A DNA stretch of 64,000 nt from Candidatus Dojkabacteria bacterium. Lineage in GTDB: Bacteria > Patescibacteriota > Dojkabacteria > SC72. The notes under the pieces were generated by a model. It worked only from the letters and a program-made list of their open reading frames with translations. It ran no database searches and was not told the origin of the DNA. The DNA is taken from assembly GCA_016182915.1 (NCBI GenBank), contig JACPFP010000002.1, positions 155,188-219,187 on the forward strand, in the 5' to 3' direction. Numbering within the stretch: the stretch's first letter is position 1; each line of letters starts with the position of its first letter. The position numbers were made by a program, and so were the translations under genes. Of the stretch, positions 18,358 through 28,024 are shown in pieces.

Positions 18358-18522
18358 ATGGCAAAAGTAAAAAGAAATATAATCGCCTTAAAATGTGAAG
18401 TCTGTTCTAATAAGAACTACACAATGTACAAGACGAAAAACGTTAAGGAGAAGATCGTTAAAAGTAAGTTCTGCAGCTTCTGCAAGAAGCATACAGATCA
18501 TAAAGAAACGAAAGCCAATTAG
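18358..18522 (+). CDS. rpmG: 50S ribosomal protein L33
   Basis: Manual translation MAKVKRNIIALKCEVCSNKNYTMYKTKNVKEKIVKSKFCSFCKKHTDHKETKAN; below the ORF-track length cutoff. Confidence 0.95.
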   Translation: MAKVKRNIIALKCEVCSNKNYTMYKTKNVKEKIVKSKFCSFCKKHTDHKETKAN

Positions 18523-18531
18523 AAATAACTA

Positions 18532-18607
18532 GGGCCCATAGTTTCAATTGGTAAAACAACGGTCTCCAAAACCGTATTTTCCCGTTCGAGTCGGGATGGG
18601 CCTGCCA
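18532..18607 (+). tRNA. tRNA-Trp(CCA)
   Basis: Cloverleaf with anticodon CCA, ends GCCA; rpmG-trnW-secE synteny. Confidence 0.95.
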
Positions 18608-18638
18608 AAAAATCAAAATTAATAGTATATTTAATAGT

Positions 18639-18809
18639 ATGGCAAATGTAATAAAAGATATAGGACAGGAGCTTAAGAATACTTCCTGGCCAACAAGAAA
18701 GAACCTGTTTATGCTGGTACTGTACACGGTATTGGTTTGTGGTATAATCAGTCTGCTAATTCTAGGGTTAGACATTTTCCTTTTGAGATTAAGAGATATA
18801 ATTTTGTAG
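18639..18809 (+). CDS. secE: Preprotein translocase subunit SecE
   Basis: Manual translation ...QELKNTSWPTRK plus one TM helix and GLD; precedes nusG. Confidence 0.92.
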   Translation: MANVIKDIGQELKNTSWPTRKNLFMLVLYTVLVCGIISLLILGLDIFLLRLRDIIL

Positions 18810-18819
18810 AGATATTTAC

Positions 18820-19374
18820 ATGCCTAAGAAAGTTAAAAAAGAGAATTTGAATCTGAAGTGGTACGTACTCAACGTCCAGTCAGGACACGAAAGTAGTATC
18901 GCAAAAGCAATACAGCAAAGAGTTGAAGCGACTGGCAGTGAAGACAAGATGTCTGAAATTCTAATCCCTACACAGAAAAAGATTGTTGTTAAAGGTGGAA
19001 AACAGAGTATCAAGGAAGAGAGAATCTTCCCGGGATATGTACTAATCAAGATGGATTTAAGCGACGAGACATGGAGTTTGATTGCAAATACAGAAGGAGT
19101 GAAGGGATTTGTTAAAGTTGATAAGTTCCCACGACCACTTCCAGAAAACGAAGTAAAAGCAATTATGAAATTCATGGAAGTTGAGCAACCAACATATCAA
19201 ACCTCATTCAGTGTTGGAGAAGCAGTTAAGATCAATGATGGTGCATTTGCAGACTTCATTGGAAGTGTACAGAGAATCGATGAATCGAAGGGGAAGATTA
19301 CAGTTTTGATATCATTTTTGGGCCGAGAAGCACCTGTTGAATTAGAATTCACCCAGGTAAGTAAAATTAAGTAA
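18820..19374 (+). CDS. nusG: Transcription termination/antitermination factor NusG
   Basis: WYVLNVQSGHE, IFPGYVLI, KOW motif, FLGREAPVEL. Confidence 0.97.
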   Translation: MPKKVKKENLNLKWYVLNVQSGHESSIAKAIQQRVEATGSEDKMSEILIPTQKKIVVKGGKQSIKEERIFPGYVLIKMDLSDETWSLIANTEGVKGFVKVDKFPRPLPENEVKAIMKFMEVEQPTYQTSFSVGEAVKINDGAFADFIGSVQRIDESKGKITVLISFLGREAPVELEFTQVSKIK

Positions 19375-19391
19375 GTTTATATTAAATAGTA

Positions 19392-19814
19392 ATGGCAAAA
19401 AAAGTAACAAAAGTTCTAAAACTACTCATCCCAGCAGGTGCAGCAACACCAGCTCCTCCAATTGGACCAACCCTTGCACCATATGGAATCAGTACACAAC
19501 AGTTCTGCCAGGAGTTCAACGAAAAAACAAGAGAAAATAATGGAGTTTTAACACCAGTAGTACTAACAATCTACGAGGATAGAACATTCACATTTATTAC
19601 AAAAACTCCACCTACATCGGAACTAATCAGAAGAGAGATAAAGATACCTAAGGGTTCAGCAAGTCCAAACCTACAGAAAGTTGGTAAGATTACGAAAGAT
19701 CAGGTAAAGAAGATTGCAGAAGCAAAGATGATAGACCTAAACACAACAAACTTAGACCAAGCCGTTAAGATTATAGAAGGAACGGCAAGACAGATGGGTG
19801 TTGAAGTAATTTAA
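19392..19814 (+). CDS. rplK: 50S ribosomal protein L11
   Basis: AGAATPAPPIGP, FCQEFN, GTARQMG. Confidence 0.98.
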   Translation: MAKKVTKVLKLLIPAGAATPAPPIGPTLAPYGISTQQFCQEFNEKTRENNGVLTPVVLTIYEDRTFTFITKTPPTSELIRREIKIPKGSASPNLQKVGKITKDQVKKIAEAKMIDLNTTNLDQAVKIIEGTARQMGVEVI

Positions 19815-19835
19815 ATAATATTAGGAAGAATTAAC

Positions 19836-20525
19836 ATGGCACGAAGAGGAAAGAAATATATAAGTATTGCGAAAAAGGTTGAGAGAAAAGAGTACACTCT
19901 TGCCCAGGCAGTAAAGGCGATTAAAGCATCTTCATATTCAACTTTTGTTGGTTCTGCAGAACTACATGTGTCAGTAAACCTTCCTAAAGATAAGGATGCA
20001 AAATCAATTAAAGGAGCAGTCACTCTCCCCCACTCTGTTGCAAAAAAAGTCTCTGTTTATGTATTTACAACTCCTGAGAATGCTAAAGTAGCTTTAGAGG
20101 CAGGTGCAGATAAAGCAGGTCTTGAAGAATTAGTAAAAGAGGTACAAAGCGGAAAGATTAACTTTGATGTTGCAATTGCAACCCCAGATGTTATGGCGAA
20201 AATAGCCGCTTTAGGAAAAGAGTTGGGACCAAAGGGTCTTATGCCTAATCCAAAGACTGGGACCGTTACAACAGATGTAGCAGGAACCGTATCAGCATAT
20301 AAGAAGGGAAAGATGACATTCAAAGCCGACAGTAATGGTGGAATCCATGTTGGAGTAGGAAAGCTTTCCCTTGAAGATGCACAGATTGTTGAAAATATAA
20401 CAACCGCAGTAACTGCAATTGAGGAAGCTCTTGGTAAACAACTTTCAACTATTGTAAAGAGTACATATCTTGCCCCAACAATGGGTAAGGCTGTAAAGTT
20501 CAAGTTTGAGAAAGTGGCAGCTTAA
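19836..20525 (+). CDS. rplA: 50S ribosomal protein L1
   Basis: LGPKGLMPNPKTGTVT, PTMG. Confidence 0.98.
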   Translation: MARRGKKYISIAKKVERKEYTLAQAVKAIKASSYSTFVGSAELHVSVNLPKDKDAKSIKGAVTLPHSVAKKVSVYVFTTPENAKVALEAGADKAGLEELVKEVQSGKINFDVAIATPDVMAKIAALGKELGPKGLMPNPKTGTVTTDVAGTVSAYKKGKMTFKADSNGGIHVGVGKLSLEDAQIVENITTAVTAIEEALGKQLSTIVKSTYLAPTMGKAVKFKFEKVAA

Positions 20526-20565
20526 GGTTTCCACATATTTGTAATATACCAATTAGATTTCCTAC

Positions 20566-20811
20566 TTAGTCTCCAACTGTTTCAACCGAGGTTGTCATCA
20601 ACTGTACCTGTTTTTTCATTAAATACACTTCGTTTTGAAGATCTACTATATCTTTTTCAATATCTGCAAACTTGAGACTTATTATATACATCATCCTATC
20701 TAGTTTCTTATCCAATTTCTCATCTATCTCTTCCTTAAATGCCCCAAACCGCTTATCCAAGCTCTGATCTAGCATCTCCTGAATTTTCGAAAAGTCTTGA
20801 ATACTTAACAT
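20566..20811 (-). CDS. Small coiled-coil hypothetical protein
   Basis: Heptad-like LDKRF...IDEKLDKKLD pattern; antisense between rplA and rplJ. Confidence 0.6.
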   Translation of the reverse strand: MLSIQDFSKIQEMLDQSLDKRFGAFKEEIDEKLDKKLDRMMYIISLKFADIEKDIVDLQNEVYLMKKQVQLMTTSVETVGD

Positions 20812-20938
20812 GTGTAAATGATAATAAATTACTATCTATATTGTACAGAACTGAAATGAAATCTATATGAAGTGAATACTCTTCCCCTACTACTCTACGC
20901 ATATAGATATACATTAGAAATATATATAGGTTAAAAGG

Positions 20939-21014
20939 TTGACATCATAGTTTTAATTGTAGTATCATCCCTACAGCCGAAGAAACATGGTACAAAAATA
21001 AATCCGTGTGAGGC
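20939..21014 (+). promoter_or_regulatory. rplJ promoter and L10 leader
   Basis: TTGACA-18 nt-TATCAT, then GCCGAAGAAACATGG...CCGTGTGAGGC resembling the L10-leader kink-turn. Confidence 0.7.
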
Positions 21015-21047
21015 AAAGAAATTTTTCTAAACTAAATCTATAAAAAT

Positions 21048-21572
21048 ATGTCTAAGAATAGAACTCAGAAATCCGAGTTACTTTCGCAGTATACAGACCT
21101 ACTCAAAAATAACGGAGGTTATCTTTTGGTAGACACAAGCGGTCTAGATACTCCAACTGTAACCAAATTTAAGATTGCTTTGAAAGAATCAGGTTCAGAA
21201 TATACAGTTATAAAGAACTCTGTTTTCAAAATTGCTCTCCAAGAAGCAAATCAACCTGTACAAACACAGGATTTTGATGGACAGACAGCACTAATCAGCT
21301 ATAAAGAAGATCCTACAACCGCAGCAAAATTGATAAAGGCACTACAAGCAGAAACTGAGAAGTTTGGAGCAAAGCTGGGAACAATAAATGGTGCCTATAT
21401 TGATGCCTCCCAAGTAATGCAACTTGCAGAGATACCTTCAAGAGAGGTTCTTCTTGCAAAACTACTCGGATCTATGGTCTCCCCACTCTCAGGAGTTATG
21501 AATGCTATAACAGGTAATGTGAGAGGATTCACTATGGTACTTAAGCAGCTTTCTGAAAAAGAAGCTAAGTAA
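21048..21572 (+). CDS. rplJ: 50S ribosomal protein L10
   Basis: VIKNSVFKIAL, LAEIPSREVLLAKL; precedes rplL. Confidence 0.96.
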   Translation: MSKNRTQKSELLSQYTDLLKNNGGYLLVDTSGLDTPTVTKFKIALKESGSEYTVIKNSVFKIALQEANQPVQTQDFDGQTALISYKEDPTTAAKLIKALQAETEKFGAKLGTINGAYIDASQVMQLAEIPSREVLLAKLLGSMVSPLSGVMNAITGNVRGFTMVLKQLSEKEAK

Positions 21573-21602
21573 TAAATATTTAATTTAATTACACAACTAG
21601 CA

Positions 21603-22004
21603 ATGGAAGAGAAAAATTTACCAAAGCTATCAGCAGATGCACAGAAAGTTCTTGAAGCTGTAGAGAAAATGACAGTTTTAGAACTTGCAGATCTTGTCAA
21701 AGTAATGGAAGACAAGTTCGGAGTAAGCGCAGCCGCTCCAGTAGCCGTTGCAGCAGCTCCAGCAGCAGCAGCAGAGGAAGTTGAAGAGAAAACAATGTTT
21801 AACATTGTTCTTCAAGATGCAGGTGCAAACAAGATCAGCGTGATCAAGGTTGTAAGAGAGTTGACAGAACTAGGTCTCAAAGAGGCTAAAGATCTCGTTG
21901 ACGCAGGTGCAGGATCCGTTCTTAAGGAGAATGTACAGAAAGATGCCGCTGAGGAAGCAAAGAAGAAGTTTGAGGAAGCAGGTGCTAAGGTTGAACTTAA
22001 GTAG
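21603..22004 (+). CDS. rplL: 50S ribosomal protein L7/L12
   Basis: FGVSAAAP hinge, [22 protein letters not shown]. Confidence 0.98.
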   Translation: MEEKNLPKLSADAQKVLEAVEKMTVLELADLVKVMEDKFGVSAAAPVAVAAAPAAAAEEVEEKTMFNIVLQDAGANKISVIKVVRELTELGLKEAKDLVDAGAGSVLKENVQKDAAEEAKKKFEEAGAKVELK

Positions 22005-22026
22005 TTAGCTTTTCAAATGGAAATTG

Positions 22027-22054
22027 AAAGACCGGAGCAATCCGGTCTTTTTTT
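22027..22054 (+). terminator. Rho-independent terminator after rplL
   Basis: AAAGACCGGA-GCAA-TCCGGTCTTT followed by a T tract. Confidence 0.9.
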
Positions 22055-22171
22055 ACCTCCTAAAATGATTGAAAATATGCCCCTTAAATGCTATAATTAC
22101 GACATAAATTCCTCACTATGCCCTAGGTACTTTTACCTAGAAAAATCAAATTAAATTAGAATTTTTAAAAT

Positions 22172-22828
22172 ATGACAGAACTAACCCAGTGGCTACTCTC
22201 TCATGGTATTTCTATGGCAGTTTTGGAGATATTAGTATTTGTGCCTATCCTCGCCACCCTTGTAAACCTATCCCGATATTTTATTGGGTTTAAATCCTTT
22301 GGAATCTATGCACCAATAATATTAGGTCTTTCATATAGATATACAGGCCTTAGATACGGTTTAATCATAACTCTTCTTGTGGTACTCTCCTCTCTCATTG
22401 GATACTCCATAATGCGAAGGATACGTATGCACTATCTAGCGAGAGTCGCTATAAACTACTTAATTGTTGCCATTATTCTTCTTTTCGGAATTGCGGGATT
22501 AGACAGTCTTGAAATTTTAGGCTTCACAAACTTTGAAAGCATCAATCCCCTCGCCCTTATCTCCATTGCCGCCCTTTCTGACTTCTTTATAAAAATGTAT
22601 GTAAAAAAGAGCATTGCTGCTACAGTTAGAGTTCTCCTCGAAACCGTTCTAATTTCTGTAATAGGATGGGTGTTGATCTCTTCTGAAACAATAATCGGTT
22701 TTATGTTGAGTAATCTATGGATGTTAGGTGCAATACTTCTCTTCAATCTTCTGATTGGTAGATATACAGGACTACGAATCAAAGAATATTTTAGATTCAG
22801 CTTCGTCGTCAAAAATGACAATAAATGA
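22172..22828 (+). CDS. 7TM-domain protein (7TM_transglut-like) associated with ATP-grasp ligase
   Basis: RYFIGFKSFGIYAP, RMHYLAR, IGRYTGLRIKEYFRF motifs; about 7 hydrophobic segments; overlaps the next gene. Confidence 0.85.
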   Translation: MTELTQWLLSHGISMAVLEILVFVPILATLVNLSRYFIGFKSFGIYAPIILGLSYRYTGLRYGLIITLLVVLSSLIGYSIMRRIRMHYLARVAINYLIVAIILLFGIAGLDSLEILGFTNFESINPLALISIAALSDFFIKMYVKKSIAATVRVLLETVLISVIGWVLISSETIIGFMLSNLWMLGAILLFNLLIGRYTGLRIKEYFRFSFVVKNDNK

Positions 22829-24305
22829 ACTAATCCGTTTAAATAAAGAGGTTCTGGGAATTAATAGACGAAACCAGGCTTTCGTTCGTGAGTTTAATCC
22901 TCTATCTGCGAAAGTAATTGCAGATAACAAGATTATAACCAAAAGGGTTTTAGCGAAGGTTGGGATAAAAAGCGCCGAACTATATAAGGTTATTAGAACG
23001 AAAAAGCAGTTGGAATTCCTTGATTGGGATTCAATACCAAATAGTTTTGTTCTTAAACCAAACCAAGGTACAGGTGGTAATGGAATTGTTGTGTTCTACG
23101 GCAAGAAGAAGGGAAAGTACGAATGGATTAGACCAAACGGTACAACAATGGATCAGAAAGACCTGATCCTACATATTGAAAATATCCTTGATGGGAGATT
23201 TTCAATGGGTAATAGGAACGATCTCGCGATCATCGAAGAAAGAATCAAAACAGACAGCACATTAAAACCCTTCACATATAAGGGAGTCCCTGATGTTAGA
23301 GTCATAGTTTTCAATAAGATTCCACTTCTGGCAATGCTAAGACTTCCAACCAAACGATCAAACGGTACTGCAAACCTTCACTCAGGAGCTATATGTGTAG
23401 GAATCGATATTGCCTCTGGAATTACAAGAGAAGGAATGTACTTAAAAAAGAGCCCTATCATTGAGGATACCTATACAAGCACAGATACCACCCTTGATCT
23501 TGAAGATAATATCCCTCTAATAGGTATTCAAATCCCATATTGGAATGAAATACTTGAGATCGCTGTTAAATCCCAGCAGGCAAGCGGATTAGGTTATATA
23601 GGTGTAGATATCGCTTTAGACAAAGAGAAGGGCCCTATGGTGCTTGAAATCAACGCAAGGCCGGGCTTAGGTATACAGGTAGCAAACAAAATCGGATTAA
23701 GAGCCAGATTAGAACGAGTAAAAGGGATTGAAGTTAAGAGTTTGAGACATGGAGTAAGACTTGCAAAGAATATTTTCGGAGGCGAGGTTGAGGAGGAGAT
23801 TGAAAATATCAGCGGTAAGACAGTTGTTAACCTCATAGAAAAGATTCTCCTTTTCCATAAACCAGAGATAGAGATGTCTAAAAAGAAACAGAAAAAAATC
23901 CTTGCTAAAAAGGAAGTCGTTAAAGCAATGCTTGATACCGGAATAATAACCTCACGTATTGACTGGGGAATAGCATCAAGAATTGGATACTTTAAGGCCT
24001 TGGACTTCTTTAGAAAGCTTGGAATTCCTGAGACCTTCCCAACACTCAAAGATGCACAGGATTATATTGATAAAACTGGAAGTGAAAACATGCTGCATCC
24101 TGAAATTATCAGACTCGCTAAAATCAGTGATGAGACTGGAAACCACATCCTTCCCGTAGTAGAGGTAGAGATAAAAATTGCGGGTGAGGTTAAAAAGGTT
24201 GAAATGGTAGTTAGCAGACAACAAGCCATCATATACCCAGTCCTGATAGGGAGAAAAGAGCTGAATAATTACCTTATAGATACAAGTAAAACATTTACAA
24301 ATTAA
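22815..24305 (+). CDS. Alpha-L-glutamate-ligase-like ATP-grasp protein fused to a RimK-associated aspartyl-protease-like domain
   Basis: LGINRRN, FVLKPNQGTGGNG, ANLHSGA, GVDIALD...LEINARPGL; C-terminal AMLDTG...VLIGRK; start moved to ATG 22815. Confidence 0.85.
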   Translation: MTINELIRLNKEVLGINRRNQAFVREFNPLSAKVIADNKIITKRVLAKVGIKSAELYKVIRTKKQLEFLDWDSIPNSFVLKPNQGTGGNGIVVFYGKKKGKYEWIRPNGTTMDQKDLILHIENILDGRFSMGNRNDLAIIEERIKTDSTLKPFTYKGVPDVRVIVFNKIPLLAMLRLPTKRSNGTANLHSGAICVGIDIASGITREGMYLKKSPIIEDTYTSTDTTLDLEDNIPLIGIQIPYWNEILEIAVKSQQASGLGYIGVDIALDKEKGPMVLEINARPGLGIQVANKIGLRARLERVKGIEVKSLRHGVRLAKNIFGGEVEEEIENISGKTVVNLIEKILLFHKPEIEMSKKKQKKILAKKEVVKAMLDTGIITSRIDWGIASRIGYFKALDFFRKLGIPETFPTLKDAQDYIDKTGSENMLHPEIIRLAKISDETGNHILPVVEVEIKIAGEVKKVEMVVSRQQAIIYPVLIGRKELNNYLIDTSKTFTN

Positions 24306-24328
24306 CCTTAATACTTTAACCTCAGGAT

Positions 24329-25303
24329 ATGGAAAAAGATTTTTTGAAAATAGCCGGGAATGTACATCTCGCATACTACATTGAAGCTGCTGATATCCTT
24401 GGAATCAAGTATGAAGTTATATTTAGAAACCTAACCGCTCGTTTTGAACATCAAGGTAAACACTGGTTTATAAACAATACCGCCCTACCAGTAAATAACG
24501 CACCCAGCTCAAGATTAGCCAGAGGAAAACACTTTGCAAGTAGAATTCTCGATTTAGCAGGTATCCCAGTACCCCAACAAGCTAGTGTTGAGAATGTAGA
24601 GGAAGCAATCTCTTTCTTTAACGAGCATAATGAGGTTGTAGTTAAGCCTTCTCAAAATCTTGGAGGAAAGGGTATATCAATCCTTCCGGCCAATGCAGAG
24701 GATCTATCCAAGGCATACGAGTATGCTAAAGGCTACGATAAACATGGAAAGGTATTAATTGAGAAGTATATCCACGGAGATAATTATAGACTTCTAGTAG
24801 TCGGAGACACAGTCGTTGGTGTTGTAAGGAGGCTTCCTGCCACTATCACAGGCAGTGGTAGTTCAACTATAAAACAGCTAATTGAAGAGAAAAATATAGA
24901 GAGAAAGGCCCGAATGCTCATGCCAATACCTATAGATGAAGAAACAGTTAAACACCTTCAACATAAAGGGTTTACACTAGACACAGTTCTTCCTGCCGGC
25001 GTGATAACAACAGTCAGATCAAACACAAACCTAACAACAGGTGGTACAACTGAAGAGTGCAGTGAGATTGTCCACCCATACTATAAAGATATTGCAGTAA
25101 AGACAATAAAAGCTCTGGATTTGGAGTTCGCAGGAATAGATTTGATTACCAAAGATATCACTACCCCATCCGAATGTGCCGTTAACGAAGTGAATTACAA
25201 CCCAGGACTAAGACTTCACTATAAAGTAGATAAAGGAGAGATTAAAAAGGTTGCCATTCCTATTATGGAATATATTAGAGATCGCTATGCGAAAACGAAG
25301 TAG
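24329..25303 (+). CDS. Stand-alone cyanophycin-synthetase/GshAB-like ATP-grasp ligase
   Basis: VVVKP, EKYIHGDNYRLLVVG, RRLPATITGSGSSTIKQLIE, NLTTGG, AGIDLI, EVNYNPG. Confidence 0.85.
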   Translation: MEKDFLKIAGNVHLAYYIEAADILGIKYEVIFRNLTARFEHQGKHWFINNTALPVNNAPSSRLARGKHFASRILDLAGIPVPQQASVENVEEAISFFNEHNEVVVKPSQNLGGKGISILPANAEDLSKAYEYAKGYDKHGKVLIEKYIHGDNYRLLVVGDTVVGVVRRLPATITGSGSSTIKQLIEEKNIERKARMLMPIPIDEETVKHLQHKGFTLDTVLPAGVITTVRSNTNLTTGGTTEECSEIVHPYYKDIAVKTIKALDLEFAGIDLITKDITTPSECAVNEVNYNPGLRLHYKVDKGEIKKVAIPIMEYIRDRYAKTK

Positions 25304-25362
25304 TTCGATCTATCTTGCTCCGCTCTTTTAACTAAATATTTATAACTCAAACCCGTGTTTAT

Positions 25363-26340
25363 ATGCACAACAACTATTTCGAAGTAAGCGCTGAAAACAA
25401 CTTTGAACTTGGATTACAATTAGGAAAACTGTTTAGAGAAAATTTAAATGAGACCTTAAAGGAGGCTCATCTCAATCCTAACTGGGATCAAGTGGTTGAA
25501 CAATCTTCAATGTATCTCAAGAAGACAAAAGATTTGTTCCCACACCTTATTGAAGAACTCAAAGGATATGCTAAAGGAGCAGACGTCGATTTTATGAATT
25601 TATGGGCGCTTAGCCTTGAGGATGAATTATACTTTGAAGAAAAGTGTTCAACAGTGATTACAAACAATGGCATGTTAGTTGGACACAACGAAGACTATAA
25701 GGATGCAGAAGAAAAAGTCTGTATACTTAAAAAAACGATTAAAGGAAAAACAATCCTCGAACTATACTATCTACATACCCTAGGCGGGAATTCAATCTCT
25801 ATAAACTCAAACGGATATATCCACGCAATTGACTCACTTTCACAATCAGATCGTAAAGTCGGAATTCCCAAGAATGTGATTGCAAGATGGTTCTCTGAAA
25901 CATCATCTCCTTCGGATGATTTTCAAAAATTATCTACTTTAGATAGGTCTTCAGGATTTTGTCATAATATAGTAAACATCACAGGAGAAGTAATAACTAT
26001 TGAATCTACTGCCACAAAACAACTGATTGAGACCATAGAAACTCCTTTCGTACATACAAACCACTATTTAACAGACTTAAAGACTTTTGAAGCCAACGAT
26101 AATTCAACCTGCACATTTGAAAGATTCAAAAGTGCAAGAGAAAATATTAAAGAGCAAATGAAAGTTACAGAGATGCAATCACTCCTTTCATTGAATAATA
26201 ATGGTCCTCAGGCTAGCCTCTTTAACGAAAGAACAGTTGGAAGAATGATTATAGATAATACAGAAAGATTGGCGTATATATGGCTAGGTAGAGAAAAGGA
26301 GAAAGGTTGGATTAAATATAATCTCAATTTTATTGTATGA
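25363..26340 (+). CDS. C45 family autoproteolytic Ntn peptidase/acyltransferase
   Basis: LIEELKGYAKGA, EKCST (catalytic Cys), GHNED, INSNG, HTNHY. Confidence 0.88.
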   Translation: MHNNYFEVSAENNFELGLQLGKLFRENLNETLKEAHLNPNWDQVVEQSSMYLKKTKDLFPHLIEELKGYAKGADVDFMNLWALSLEDELYFEEKCSTVITNNGMLVGHNEDYKDAEEKVCILKKTIKGKTILELYYLHTLGGNSISINSNGYIHAIDSLSQSDRKVGIPKNVIARWFSETSSPSDDFQKLSTLDRSSGFCHNIVNITGEVITIESTATKQLIETIETPFVHTNHYLTDLKTFEANDNSTCTFERFKSARENIKEQMKVTEMQSLLSLNNNGPQASLFNERTVGRMIIDNTERLAYIWLGREKEKGWIKYNLNFIV

Positions 26341-26347
26341 TAGATAT

Positions 26348-28024
26348 ATGAAAACACAGGTACTCCAAGGTGCAAACCTTATAAATACAGTGACAACTGT
26401 AAATATAACCCTTGATACAACTCCAAAAACAGAGTTTATAGAAGAAATCCAGAAGATTCATCCACTCTTTTTAGATGAGTTTATGGTGGAAGGTAAGACG
26501 ATAAGTATACAAACCAAACTCCCCCATCTATGGAAGGAAGCAGCAGTTGCCCTAAATAACTACTCCAACGGAGAATGGAGCTATGACCTAACAAAGTCAT
26601 TCCTATATGAGACACTAATCAAAAAACAAATTCTCTCTATGTCCACCATTCCAATACTGAGAGCAGCCCACGAACTAGGTTATGAAACAACCCAATATTT
26701 TATAGAGGAGGGCTTCACACCTGAAGGAGTTCTTAAAAAGTATAATAGATACTATGCAATTGGCGTAGGACAGGAAACTGAAACTATGATCTCAATAGCA
26801 AGCAGTGGTGATTCCAACCTTGCAAAGATGATTCAGGAGGATAAGTGGCTCACCAATATTATGCTTGACAGATTAAAACTCCCTATTGCTAAATGGGAAC
26901 TAATCCCAAGCAAGGATAGCCTTAAGGAGCTACACGAGAAGTATAGAAAGCCATATGTAATCAAACCTGTCGGTCTCACAGGCGGACACGGCGTTACAAC
27001 AAACATAGAAAGCCTTGATCAAGCTAAATCTGCCTACGATGTTGCAAATAAATCTATTGAATCAAAGGAGAGAAAAGATTGGCAGAAAAAGATAATGATA
27101 CAGGAACAAGTTTCTGGAGAAGACTACAGGCTTCTCGTTATCAATGGAGTCTTGGAGATTGTAACAAAAAGAATACCTGCCTTCGTAGTCGGTAACGGAA
27201 GCTCAACCATAGAAGAGTTAATAGTAGAAACTAATAAAGACCCACGAAGAGACACTTCCCTCCCAACCCATATCTTAAAACCAATCGTTATAGACGACCA
27301 GCTTAAAAGCTTCCTTAAAGAACAGGATCTCAATCTAAAGCATATCCCTAAAGCAGACGAGAAAGTATATGTAAGAAAGGTAGCAAGTATGAGTCAGGGA
27401 GGAATTACTGAAGACTTCACAGACCAGGTAAGTAAACAGATTAGATATATTGTAGAATCCCTTGCTAAATCCCTGCACGCCTATGCACTAGGGGTAGATA
27501 TCATCTGCCAGGACATATCAAAACCATTAACAATGGAAAACGGGTCAATCATTGAGTGCAACACAATGCCAGAATCATATCTTAATGCCTTCCCTGTAAT
27601 TGGAAAACAGTATCCTAATATAGGAAAAATCGTAGTAGAGGGATTAATCGGAAAGAAACCTAAAACAAAGAAATATGTATATATTGGAAAAAATATGAAG
27701 AAATTTGAGACTTTCCTTGCATTAAATACGGATGAGTCGGAAGATAGAGTTGGAATATATAGAAACGGAGAAGTAATTATTAATAACGAAGTTATAAACA
27801 GGTCGGTAGAAACTTGGAGAGCTATAGAGGCTCTTAAACTTAACTCATCCCTCTCTGTAATAGTCCTCCACTATCTATCGTTTGATGAGGTAGAAGAGTA
27901 TGGACTGGGTTTTGACTATACAGATGCAGTGGTTATCGAAAAAGAGCTTGAATCAACGAAACAATATTCCACAATACAAGGTCTTTCAAACATGGGAGTT
28001 GTTACAAAGGTGGAGACTATTTAG
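26348..28024 (+). CDS. Cyanophycin-synthetase-like ATP-grasp protein with degenerate N- and C-terminal domains
   Basis: LQGAN N-terminus, PYVIKPVGLTGGHGV, QVSGEDYRLLVING, RIPAFVVGNGSSTIEELI, GVDII, IECNTMP; C-terminus lacks a Mur-ligase P-loop. Confidence 0.82.
   Translation: MKTQVLQGANLINTVTTVNITLDTTPKTEFIEEIQKIHPLFLDEFMVEGKTISIQTKLPHLWKEAAVALNNYSNGEWSYDLTKSFLYETLIKKQILSMSTIPILRAAHELGYETTQYFIEEGFTPEGVLKKYNRYYAIGVGQETETMISIASSGDSNLAKMIQEDKWLTNIMLDRLKLPIAKWELIPSKDSLKELHEKYRKPYVIKPVGLTGGHGVTTNIESLDQAKSAYDVANKSIESKERKDWQKKIMIQEQVSGEDYRLLVINGVLEIVTKRIPAFVVGNGSSTIEELIVETNKDPRRDTSLPTHILKPIVIDDQLKSFLKEQDLNLKHIPKADEKVYVRKVASMSQGGITEDFTDQVSKQIRYIVESLAKSLHAYALGVDIICQDISKPLTMENGSIIECNTMPESYLNAFPVIGKQYPNIGKIVVEGLIGKKPKTKKYVYIGKNMKKFETFLALNTDESEDRVGIYRNGEVIINNEVINRSVETWRAIEALKLNSSLSVIVLHYLSFDEVEEYGLGFDYTDAVVIEKELESTKQYSTIQGLSNMGVVTKVETI

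Noticed and set aside
25298-25325. TAGTTCGATCTA resembling a tRNA T-arm remnant or att site before the C45 gene
   Set aside because: Only a 3-bp stem, with no matching tRNA end or second copy in the window
24329-28024. Canonical cyanophycin (cphA-cphB) or glutathione (gshAB) synthesis
   Set aside because: No intact Mur-ligase domain, no S51 cyanophycinase and no glutamate-cysteine ligase domain
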